A stretch of 64,000 nucleotides of DNA from Candidatus Heimdallarchaeota archaeon. GTDB taxonomy: Archaea; Asgardarchaeota; Heimdallarchaeia; Heimdallarchaeales; Kariarchaeaceae. The notes beneath the pieces were generated by a model that worked only from the letters and a program-made list of their open reading frames with translations, was not told where the DNA came from and ran no database searches. The position numbers were made by a program, and so were the translations under genes. Location of the stretch: positions 12 through 64,011 of the forward strand of contig WAKA01000204.1 in NCBI GenBank assembly GCA_015523565.1. The letters run 5' to 3'. This document shows, in pieces, positions 38,138-46,748 of the stretch. Each line of letters begins with the position of its first letter. Position 1 is the stretch's first letter.

Positions 38138-38308
38138 CTAACCTCCTCTGTCTCCCGTTGTCTGGAAGCCCAACTGATCGGCAACTTCCCTAAAGCATCG
38201 TCGGCAAATCAACAAGTCAGCTCTTCTGATTATGCCACGGTGTGTTCCACATCTGCGGCAAGAACGTGTACCCTTACCTACAGACCTAACCTTTTTTTCC
38301 TTTTTCAT
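38138..38308 (-). CDS. rps14: 30S ribosomal protein S14 (uS14, zinc-binding type)
   Basis: [25 protein letters not shown] (CxxC..CxxC). AAGGAGAT lies upstream of the ATG at 38308, giving 56 aa. The track ORF extends to a GTG at 38350. Confidence 0.9.
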   Translation of the reverse strand: MKKEKKVRSVGKGTRSCRRCGTHRGIIRRADLLICRRCFREVADQLGFQTTGDRGG

Positions 38309-38517
38309 GGTTTTCATCTCCTTATGGTAATTCAGGTCGGCTGGTGCCACCTTTACTGCAGGATTAATTCATTTTCCCATTCATGGTTTTAAAATCTAGA
38401 CATGAATTACACACCTAATGATGCTTCTTGAGATTCTCTTGAAAAGAACGACAAGTTTGTGAAACAGGATTGATCTTTTGCAAATAATTTTTGAACAACA
38501 GGGTCTATTCCCACATA

Positions 38518-39714
38518 ATGCAGGTATCTAATAGAGTTGGAAGCATGACCTATGCAATTAGGGACGTGCAACAAGTTGCAAATAAAATGAAAAGGCAGGG
38601 ACATGAAATTCTGTTTTTTAATATAGGGGATCCAAATAAATTTGATTTTGATGTCCCACAGGCAATGCAAGATGCCTTAGCTCAAAATCTAAACCGAGGG
38701 TATTATTCACAATCAGAAGGGGATGAATATGTTAGAACAAAAATTGCAGAATATGAAAATGCAAAATATAGTAATGGGGTTAGTCCCGATGAAGTTATAT
38801 TTACGCAGGGAGTAAGTGAAGGAATACTTTATCTTTTTCTTTCTTTCCTTAACCCAGGAGATAAGGTTCTTGTTCCTGCTCCAACATATCCTGCCTATCA
38901 GAGTATTGCTACAGTAAGTCAAGCTCAATTGACAGCATATAACTGCATTGAAGAAGAGGGATGGGCACCAGATCTGGAAGATATAAGGAACAAAATGGAT
39001 GATAAAACCAAACTTGTTGTGGTCATAAATCCAAATAATCCAACAGGTGCAGTTTATCCTGAAAAGACATTGAAACAATTGACAGAGATTGTGGGAGAGT
39101 ATGACGCGGCAATTGTTGCTGATGAGATTTATGATAGAATGATTTTGGACAGGGATGTACAGTTTAAATCCATGTCAACAATTGCAAAAGATGTTCCAAC
39201 AGTAATTTTCAATGGATTTTCAAAAAATTATCTGGCACCTGGTTGGCGAGCGGCGTACATGTATCGTGTTGATACCAATGATAAAATTGCAGAACCATAT
39301 GAAGGAATTCGGAAACTTTGTAGAACGAGGCTATCACCAAATACACCCATTTCTTATGCCTCAGTATCTGGATTAGATATAAATCCACCTCATCTACCAG
39401 AATTAATTCGAAAAGTCAAAGAGAGAAGAGACATTGTTGTCAAGCATTTCAATGAAATGGACAATATCAGTATACAAGTACCAAAAGCGGCATTTTACAT
39501 TTTTCCAAAACTCCATATGGAAAATTTAACTTTCAAAACGGATCAAGAGGTTATACTTAGTTTACTTAAAGAGAAAAAAGTACTAATGGTTCATGGATCT
39601 GGATTTGGAGTGCCAAATCATTTCCGGATGGTTTATCTTTCAACCCCCGACATTTTGGAAGAGGGGCTTAAAAGGATGCAGTCATTTTTAAAAGAACATA
39701 GCATTACAAAATAA
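38518..39714 (+). CDS. Class I PLP-dependent aminotransferase (alanine aminotransferase-like)
   Basis: SNRVGSMTYAIRDV..LFFNIGDPNKFDF, NPNNPTGAVY, and the lysine block FSKNYLAPGWRAAY. The ATG at 38518 fits AlaAT N-termini; the track begins at a TTG at 38491. Confidence 0.8.
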   Translation: MQVSNRVGSMTYAIRDVQQVANKMKRQGHEILFFNIGDPNKFDFDVPQAMQDALAQNLNRGYYSQSEGDEYVRTKIAEYENAKYSNGVSPDEVIFTQGVSEGILYLFLSFLNPGDKVLVPAPTYPAYQSIATVSQAQLTAYNCIEEEGWAPDLEDIRNKMDDKTKLVVVINPNNPTGAVYPEKTLKQLTEIVGEYDAAIVADEIYDRMILDRDVQFKSMSTIAKDVPTVIFNGFSKNYLAPGWRAAYMYRVDTNDKIAEPYEGIRKLCRTRLSPNTPISYASVSGLDINPPHLPELIRKVKERRDIVVKHFNEMDNISIQVPKAAFYIFPKLHMENLTFKTDQEVILSLLKEKKVLMVHGSGFGVPNHFRMVYLSTPDILEEGLKRMQSFLKEHSITK

Positions 39715-40054
39715 AGTTAGGAATTTGTTTAACTCGAACAATTGGCACATAAGCAACTTGTGGGTTTTCACCTACAGAATGGACAAATTTCCATGATTCA
39801 CCACTGCCGCTTACATTAACATATTCATAGGCAACAAAGGGTCCTGTTGGTTCTTTATCAGATCTTGCAAAAATCGTAACGGGTAATCCGCGAAGTTCTT
39901 TCCAATTTGGGATCAAATGTGTGAGGAAATAGACCCACTTATCTTCATGTTTTCCAACATATATGTGTCCACCACGATGTTGCGAATTTGCGACAACTAG
40001 GCGGATTAACTCACCTACATCTTCCAATTCAAACATTTCTGCCTTTGAAACCAT
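39704..40054 (-). CDS. Hypothetical conserved-looking cytoplasmic protein (116 aa)
   Basis: The ATG at 40054 (MVSKAEMFELEDV...) is more plausible than the track start at 40150, whose N-terminus looks like low-complexity read-through. Its 3' end overlaps the convergent aminotransferase by 11 nt. Confidence 0.45.
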   Translation of the reverse strand: MVSKAEMFELEDVGELIRLVVANSQHRGGHIYVGKHEDKWVYFLTHLIPNWKELRGLPVTIFARSDKEPTGPFVAYEYVNVSGSGESWKFVHSVGENPQVAYVPIVRVKQIPNFIL

Positions 40055-40100
40055 ATAGGAAATTCTTTTTTCATGAATTATAAACAATAAGGTTGTGTAC

Positions 40101-40637
40101 TTATTTTTTGATGTATTTATTATAAATAACAAAGAGTATAAGAGCTCCAATTAGGGAGACAACAAAAATAAGAAAACCTCGTGCAACAGCTTGGGTGTTT
40201 GTTTCTCCCCGAATAATAAATGTTTGATTGCTCAATGCATATACATTTTCCTTGATAGCCTCACTTCCACCAGAAACTTGGAAGAAAATAGAGACATTAT
40301 AAATACCAGGGTCGAAATCTAGTTTTACCCACATTGAATCAGTATACGTTTCATTTACTGCGACATCTTTTCTTGCAGATGGGATTTCCTTTGAGACATT
40401 CAATAAATGGATGCGAGAGCCAACACCAATTGAAAAAGTTATGTTCATAGTGTGGACTTTTACATTTCCACCTGTGTTGTTGTTGTAAAAGGATCCTGCA
40501 AATAAAACACTTGATCCTTTGACTCCAGATTGACTTTGAATATACCCACCATAACCAATGTATGTTTCAGCATTGGCTACAGGAACTACAAGAAGCAGTA
40601 ACATAAGTGTTCCAAGAAAAATCCGCATAGGAATCAC
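40101..40637 (-). CDS. Surface-exposed protein: signal peptide, sequon-rich beta domain, C-terminal TM anchor
   Basis: 178 aa. Signal peptide LGTLMLLLLVVPVANA, several N-x-S/T sequons, and C-terminal TM FLIFVVSLIGALILFVIY followed by a basic tail. It abuts the atpE stop at 40637/40638. Confidence 0.5.
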   Translation of the reverse strand: MIPMRIFLGTLMLLLLVVPVANAETYIGYGGYIQSQSGVKGSSVLFAGSFYNNNTGGNVKVHTMNITFSIGVGSRIHLLNVSKEIPSARKDVAVNETYTDSMWVKLDFDPGIYNVSIFFQVSGGSEAIKENVYALSNQTFIIRGETNTQAVARGFLIFVVSLIGALILFVIYNKYIKK

Positions 40638-41306
40638 CTATGACAATGCTTGCATGATAGCGACACGTAAATCATCATATTGTCGCTCTATTCGTGCCTC
40701 AAAAGTGTTGTCAACCCAAACACTGCCATCAGCAGCTTCGAGCTTCAGTCCACCTAAAGTCTTCAATGAACCGTCTGCCAATTTTACAGTTGTTGCATTG
40801 CCAGTCTCTTTTTCCACTTCTTTTGAAAGAGAAGACAGTTTTTCTGCAGGGAATAGTTGTTTGTCTTCATTTCGAAGCCAAAGTATTAGATCCCCACCAC
40901 CAATTGCAATGGCTGCCTCTTTGAAAAAGTTTTCCAGTGTTTTGCCGTATTCCTTGCTTTTGGTGTATTTTTGAAGCTCTGTTCGCAAATCAGTTAATAA
41001 GCTTTCAATAACTTGCTCCCTTGTCTGCAAATAATCCATTTGAGCTTGCAGACGTTTTTTTGAGATTTCTTTTTGCAAGATTTGTTTAGCTTTAGCCCTT
41101 TGTTCAGTAAGGAGTTCTTGTTTTAGTTTTTCTGCCTCCTTACGGGCGCGTTCCAAAATTTCTTTGGATTCATCTTTTGCTTCTTTAATGATGAGGTCAG
41201 CCTTTCCTTTGGCTTCTTCCTCTATTGTCTTTTTAATTAAGGCAAGTCCTTCAATTGCATTATATGTCTTTGATTCAACGTCAGTCATTTTCCTTGTCAT
41301 CAACAT
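40638..41306 (-). CDS. atpE: A/V-type ATP synthase subunit E
   Basis: Long N-terminal Lys/Glu/Ala coiled helix, then AIAIGGGDLILWLRNED and GGLKLEAADGSVWVDNTFEARIERQYDDLRVAI. These match, from memory, archaeal AtpE blocks (AISLGGGELIV.. / GG.I.E..DG....DNSLE). Confidence 0.8.
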   Translation of the reverse strand: MLMTRKMTDVESKTYNAIEGLALIKKTIEEEAKGKADLIIKEAKDESKEILERARKEAEKLKQELLTEQRAKAKQILQKEISKKRLQAQMDYLQTREQVIESLLTDLRTELQKYTKSKEYGKTLENFFKEAAIAIGGGDLILWLRNEDKQLFPAEKLSSLSKEVEKETGNATTVKLADGSLKTLGGLKLEAADGSVWVDNTFEARIERQYDDLRVAIMQALS

Positions 41307-41511
41307 CTTTACCCGTCTTTTAATAGTTGTGAACGATTCCTCTTAATTTTACAAATTTTCAGATCATCTCCATTCCATGGGATATCCGTAAAATCGTTTC
41401 TCAAAACAGTTTGAAGTCAATAAGTTTCAGCGATTGATGCTTTTCTACAAAAACCAGACAATAGTAATTTCCAGACTAAAGAAATATTAAAGAGCTTAAT
41501 AACTATAGATT

Positions 41512-42357
41512 ATGCGGGAAAAGAAGCCAATAGCCATTTTTTATCTTTTCCGAGCTTTTGAATCTTCACTTATTGCAGCATCAGGGGTATTAGAATTCAT
41601 TCTTTTGAAGGTTTACGATGTTCATCAGTTACTACTTATTTTTTTAGGAGCTTTTTTCATGATGGGAGGCATCTATGCATGGAATGATTCGCTGGATATC
41701 AAAGAGGACAAAATTAACCATCCAGAACGCCCAATACCATCAGGAGCATTTACAATTGCCCAAGCAAAGGTGCTGGGAACAATTTCATTTATTATTTCAT
41801 CAATTTTCCTTGCATGGCTTTCAATGAAAATTCTTATGTTAGGGATTATTGCAGCATTTGTTGGAGTTATGTACTCAAAAACTACAAAGAGAATTATTTT
41901 TGGGAAGAATTTGACAGTCATAATGTCAGCTTTAATTGGTGCAGCAACAGTAGCTTTTGTAATTTCCAATTCGTTGAAAACCATATCTTTAGCTTTTCTT
42001 TTGTCAATTGTTCTTTTGCTTTTTGGGTATGAAATACTAAAAGATATGCAAGACATTTTTGGCGATCATGCAGTGGGGATAACAACCATTCCGCATTTAG
42101 TTGGATGGGACAACGCCACATTAATTGCAGGAACTACATTCACGTTATCTTGTGTAGCAATTGGCATTTATTTTCAATTTTCAGGGTTACTGTTTGAAAG
42201 TTTTGTTTCATATATAACGGCAGTTTTACTTATTCCAATATTTTTTATTCTCCATACATATCCACAAAAGATTTCTTTGGTTAGGATGGTTGCAATACTA
42301 GTTGTTGGAATTGCTTTGAATACTGTCGCTTTGTCGATTTACATAAGAGAAAAATGA
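41512..42357 (+). CDS. UbiA-family prenyltransferase (digeranylgeranylglyceryl phosphate synthase-like)
   Basis: 281-aa polytopic protein with the first Asp-rich motif WNDSLDIKEDKINHPERPIPSG (NDxxDxxxD...RP) and a second acidic motif KDMQDIFGD. Confidence 0.75.
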   Translation: MREKKPIAIFYLFRAFESSLIAASGVLEFILLKVYDVHQLLLIFLGAFFMMGGIYAWNDSLDIKEDKINHPERPIPSGAFTIAQAKVLGTISFIISSIFLAWLSMKILMLGIIAAFVGVMYSKTTKRIIFGKNLTVIMSALIGAATVAFVISNSLKTISLAFLLSIVLLLFGYEILKDMQDIFGDHAVGITTIPHLVGWDNATLIAGTTFTLSCVAIGIYFQFSGLLFESFVSYITAVLLIPIFFILHTYPQKISLVRMVAILVVGIALNTVALSIYIREK

Positions 42358-42791
42358 GGAAATAAAGGATTACAAAAGATTAAATGGAAACAGGATTAGA
42401 AAATTCCCATGTTATTTTCTTTGATAGAAACAAATAACATTGCAATGGGATAATCCATGGATTTGCCCATTCATAGATGTAAGGGGTTTAAATGCAATAA
42501 AACAAGCATAATTTGAAAAAGCTTTTATCTCTAACATTCTGCCGCAGGTACATTTTACATGGGCAGTGTTTCAAGGGAAAAAACCCACAAAGTAAACAAA
42601 CCTTTGATTTCTTATTTTCAAATTGTGAAGGAATACAATTCCATTATTGAATGAGTTTAGAAAACAATCCAACTTACCCTTTTTAATTTAGTTGAATTTA
42701 GTTTTCAATTGTAAGTTTTATAACAACCACATTTTATTTTGCGGACATTTTACTAAAAAAAATATAATTTACAAAGGATAGTATATAACTT

Positions 42792-43376
42792 ATGACACAG
42801 TTTGTATCATTTGAAAAGGGAATTGAAGTAAATGGGCAAACAATTTATGCAATTGTTGATGCAATGGCTGTTAAATTCTTGACTGAGAAAATTTTTGAAC
42901 AGGCAGGATTACCATCAATTTCAGAAATACAATCAAATCCACATGGGTGGTATTCACAACAGAAATGGCTTGATGCATTCAAAATGATTTCAGATAAGAT
43001 TGGACATTCATCTCTATTGGCAATTGGGAAAAAAATTCCAGAAAACGCACAATTTCCCTCAGATATAGATTGCATTGAAAAGGCACTTGCGTCAATTGAT
43101 GTGGCATATCACATGAACCATAGAAATGCAAAAGGCGAGGTGTTATTCATTCCTGAGACAGGAGAAATGCTTGAAGGAATTGGTCACTATAAATTTGAAA
43201 AAATTGCCGACACTAAAGGAATTATGGAATGTGAAAATCCCTATCCTTGTGATTTTGATCAAGGGATAATTATTTCAATGGCAAGAAAATTTGCGAAATT
43301 TGCAATTGTAGAACATATGGGTGGACCATGTCGAAAGAAAGGGGATAATCTATGTCGATATGAAATAAATTGGTAA
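42792..43376 (+). CDS. Hypothetical protein with Cys-rich C-terminus
   Basis: 194-aa ORF flanked by long AT-rich intergenic regions. C-terminal CENPYPCDFD...GGPCRKKGDNLCRY. Family not recognised. Confidence 0.45.
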   Translation: MTQFVSFEKGIEVNGQTIYAIVDAMAVKFLTEKIFEQAGLPSISEIQSNPHGWYSQQKWLDAFKMISDKIGHSSLLAIGKKIPENAQFPSDIDCIEKALASIDVAYHMNHRNAKGEVLFIPETGEMLEGIGHYKFEKIADTKGIMECENPYPCDFDQGIIISMARKFAKFAIVEHMGGPCRKKGDNLCRYEINW

Positions 43377-43576
43377 TAATCTTAACATTTGCAATAATTC
43401 TTTCATATTAGTTATTTTTGATAAAATTGAACATCAAAAATATTTATACATTTTAAGAAACAGTATGTCTTTTTGTTAATTCAAAGGAGATGGACTTTTT
43501 AGGTTTTTTTCAACGGAATATAATTGGATAAATTGTTTATAAAAATCCCAATGCTTTTTGTTAGTCAAGAGAACTT

Positions 43577-45457
43577 TTAGGGAAACAATTTCATATTATA
43601 TTCTTTCATAGGAGGGAATAACCGTATACCAGTCTTTTCTTCTACCCACTTGATTGTTTTTTCATAGAATTGAAGATAATCAAATGAGTTGATATTGTTG
43701 TTAAGAGTTGGGATACTAAATTGCTTGACTATTTCATTTGCTTTTTCATAGCCTGCTGCATCATGTCTCAACACGGCAGATAGGGGATCCCAAAACAATG
43801 TTCGGAATAGTTTTTCTTGGGAGATTTGGGTTCCGTCAGCAAGTATTACTTGACCTGCATGTATTGAGTAGCCTACACCAACACCGCCACCACCGTGAAA
43901 TGACACCCATGTTGCACCAGAAAGGGCATTTCCAAGAAGGTTGAGAACAGGGTAGTCAGATATTGCATCACTCCCGTCTTTCATTCCTTCAGTTTCCCTG
44001 AATGGAGATGCAACAGAGCCACCGTCAAGATGATCCCTACCAATAATTATAGGTGCCTTTATTTTCTTTTCATGGACAAGTTTGTTAATCAGCATACCAA
44101 AAGCGGCTCGTCCCCAAAATCCAGCCCAAAATACTCTAGCAGGAAGTCCTTTTTCAAAGGGAATATATTTGTCTGCAAGGTTTAGCCAGTTAACAAGTTG
44201 CACATCTTTATCAAAGAGCATTTTTGCATATTTGTCCGTTGTTTTAATATCTTGAGGGTCATTGGAGAGGGCAACCCATCGGAAAGGTCCTTTTCCAACT
44301 GCAAAAAGATTACGAATGTACTTAATGACAAATCCCTCAAAGTCATATGCATTTTCAACACCTGCCTTATATGCCTGTGTTCTGATATTGTTACCGTAAT
44401 CAAACGTTTCTGCGCCTCTTTTTTGAAGTTGAAGCATAAGTTCCACATGTTTTTTGACAGTCTGGTATGAAAGCTTTGTATATTCTTCAGGATTTTCCTC
44501 TCTCATTTTGATAGCTTCTTCATAAGTCAAGGTATCAGGGAAATATCCATACAGCATATCATGAGCAGATGTTTGATCTGTAAGGATAAGAGGAGTGATG
44601 TTGTTGTCAACAAGATATTGGAGAAGTTCTGTTGCATTACAATGGACACCTATCGAAACAGGTTGATTTTTTTCTGCAAATTCTTTTGCAAGTTTTATGG
44701 CCTCTTCAGGAGTTTTTGTCTTATAATCAAGATAAGGAGTGCCTCGGTCTCTTCCAAGATTATATATTCGGTCTATTTGATTTTGGTTCACCTCGGCAAT
44801 AATGGCTATCTTACCTGCCATTTTGAATGCAAGAGGTTGTGCACCGCTCATCAAGCCCAGTCCAGCTGAAACAGCGAGTTGTTTTTCAAAGTTTGATAAT
44901 TTTGGATTTCTTGCTTCTGCTTGCCTAATAGCTTCTGCAACTGTTTCATAAGTACCTTGAATGATACCCTGAAGACCAATAAAAATGAAAGATCCCGCAG
45001 TCATTTGCCCATAGACAGTTAATCCTGCTTTAACAAATTCATTGAAATGATCGACCCATTTTGGTACAATCAGGCTATTTGTAATAACTACCCGTGGAGC
45101 CCATTCATGTGTCAATGTTTTTCCATATGGAACCCCGGATTGGAGAAACAAAGTTTCATTTGGTTCAAGATTATCAAGAAGTTCAAGAGTCCTGTATAGG
45201 GCTTTCCAATTTCTTGCAACCCTACCAGATCCTCCGTAGATAAATAGAGTTCCCCAATCTGCACCATTATGGAGATTGTTGAGAATGGCTCGTTTGACTG
45301 CTTCTGTGGGCCAACCAGCTTTTGTTGTTGGTTTAAGGGCATCTTCCCCTTTTGGCAGGGGAGGAATTGTATCAGGCTTTAAATCCAGCCGTAATTGTTT
45401 TTCGAGTGGAAGCCTATGTTTTCCTTGGATTATTTCGTCGATTTTATAGCTTTTCAC
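43577..45457 (-). CDS. hutU: Urocanate hydratase (urocanase)
   Basis: YGGSGRVARNW, GQMTAGSFIFIGLQGIIQGTYET, IGRDHLDGGSVASPFRETE and HGGGGVGVGYS are characteristic urocanase blocks. 626 aa, GTG start. Confidence 0.9.
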   Translation of the reverse strand: MKSYKIDEIIQGKHRLPLEKQLRLDLKPDTIPPLPKGEDALKPTTKAGWPTEAVKRAILNNLHNGADWGTLFIYGGSGRVARNWKALYRTLELLDNLEPNETLFLQSGVPYGKTLTHEWAPRVVITNSLIVPKWVDHFNEFVKAGLTVYGQMTAGSFIFIGLQGIIQGTYETVAEAIRQAEARNPKLSNFEKQLAVSAGLGLMSGAQPLAFKMAGKIAIIAEVNQNQIDRIYNLGRDRGTPYLDYKTKTPEEAIKLAKEFAEKNQPVSIGVHCNATELLQYLVDNNITPLILTDQTSAHDMLYGYFPDTLTYEEAIKMREENPEEYTKLSYQTVKKHVELMLQLQKRGAETFDYGNNIRTQAYKAGVENAYDFEGFVIKYIRNLFAVGKGPFRWVALSNDPQDIKTTDKYAKMLFDKDVQLVNWLNLADKYIPFEKGLPARVFWAGFWGRAAFGMLINKLVHEKKIKAPIIIGRDHLDGGSVASPFRETEGMKDGSDAISDYPVLNLLGNALSGATWVSFHGGGGVGVGYSIHAGQVILADGTQISQEKLFRTLFWDPLSAVLRHDAAGYEKANEIVKQFSIPTLNNNINSFDYLQFYEKTIKWVEEKTGIRLFPPMKEYNMKLFP

Positions 45458-45555
45458 AAGTAAATGCTAGAGAGAGTTTTAAGAAATTTGACATGGATTG
45501 TTGGACGATGTCCCAATACCTCAATAGTATTTGGTTTGAAAGTTGATACGAGGGT

Positions 45556-46227
45556 CTATATTGCACCACTGAAAAACTGGGGGGATTGCAGTGACTGAAG
45601 TGAAGAAGCGTATTCAACCATCATGGTATATAATGGTCTTGTATTGATGAAACGGAACTGTTCAAGTCCTTGACGTATTTCGGGAATGGGAAGTTCGTCA
45701 TAGTTAGGATTTGGATCAAGGGTTGCATCCATTTTCATTTTGTATCCAAAGCCGTCAAGTTCAAGGAGTTCCTTGAAAATTCTTTTTTCGTCTTTTTCTT
45801 GGATTTCAAAATACCGGGCAGGTCTTTCGGTAGAATTGTTGAGAAGCTGTGTTTCAAAGTTTGGAGGTGGGAGGACAAGTCTCATGGGATTGATATGATA
45901 AAGATAAAAACGTTTAACGATTGTTTTTGCATCCCTGAGTTGGATTGCTGCTGAGCAATTGGGATCTAATGCCTGAATAATTCTTCCAAATGCATTTTTT
46001 TCATTTAAATAAGCAGAAGTGGGTTTGTCAGTTGCAGGAGGAAGAACAATAAGATTAAACTTAATATTTGGAAAGAGATGACGATGTTCTGGAAGAATTA
46101 GATTTTCATAGATGACAGGATTGTTATCTCCAGTCAATGGAATTGGGTCCCTAATGAAGTCACCCCTGTTGAATATTGGGGTTCCGTCATCATGGAAGTC
46201 AAGTGGAAGTCCATAAGCTACTTGCAT
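45556..46227 (-). CDS. Hypothetical protein (223 aa)
   Basis: Clean ORF co-directional with and downstream of hutU. No motif recognised. Confidence 0.45.
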   Translation of the reverse strand: MQVAYGLPLDFHDDGTPIFNRGDFIRDPIPLTGDNNPVIYENLILPEHRHLFPNIKFNLIVLPPATDKPTSAYLNEKNAFGRIIQALDPNCSAAIQLRDAKTIVKRFYLYHINPMRLVLPPPNFETQLLNNSTERPARYFEIQEKDEKRIFKELLELDGFGYKMKMDATLDPNPNYDELPIPEIRQGLEQFRFINTRPLYTMMVEYASSLQSLQSPQFFSGAI

Positions 46228-46359
46228 TATTGATACTTTATTTGTAGTTGAATTAATTTTTATGGGATGAAAGAAGATTTTTGCAAGAAAGTTTGTATGA
46301 AAATTATATAGGAACTGTTCATTTTATAAATTGAGATAGAAAATTTGAGTAGGTGCATT

Positions 46360-46710
46360 ATGGAAGGCAATGATGAAGAAAGGTTCAAACCATTGGAACG
46401 TCTGAAAAAAAAGATGATGGTAGAGAACCTTTATATCTGGATATTAGTGTTGCTTAATGAAGATAAAAAATATGCTTATGAATTAAGGAATGAAATCAAG
46501 GAGAGGTTCGGATTTGCCCCTGCCACAGTAACATCATATGCAGTTCTTTACAAATTGAACCGTGAAGGGTATGTGGAGACAATTACGCAGAATCCATTCC
46601 CTAACCGAAAGTATTACCAGATCACACCTAAAGGGGAAAAATTAATTAAAGAGACAAAGAAAGTATTCAAGGATCTTTATCGCATGTTATTTGATGAGAA
46701 TATAGAATAA
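46360..46710 (+). CDS. PadR-family transcriptional regulator
   Basis: LYIWILVLLNEDKKYAYELRNEIKERFGFAPATVTSYAVLYKLNREGYVE..RKYYQITPKGEKL is the typical PadR winged helix. TAGGTG lies 5 nt upstream of the ATG at 46360. Confidence 0.8.
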   Translation: MEGNDEERFKPLERLKKKMMVENLYIWILVLLNEDKKYAYELRNEIKERFGFAPATVTSYAVLYKLNREGYVETITQNPFPNRKYYQITPKGEKLIKETKKVFKDLYRMLFDENIE

Positions 46711-46748
46711 TCAAAAATAATTAATTAATGCATAAGAATAGAATTATG

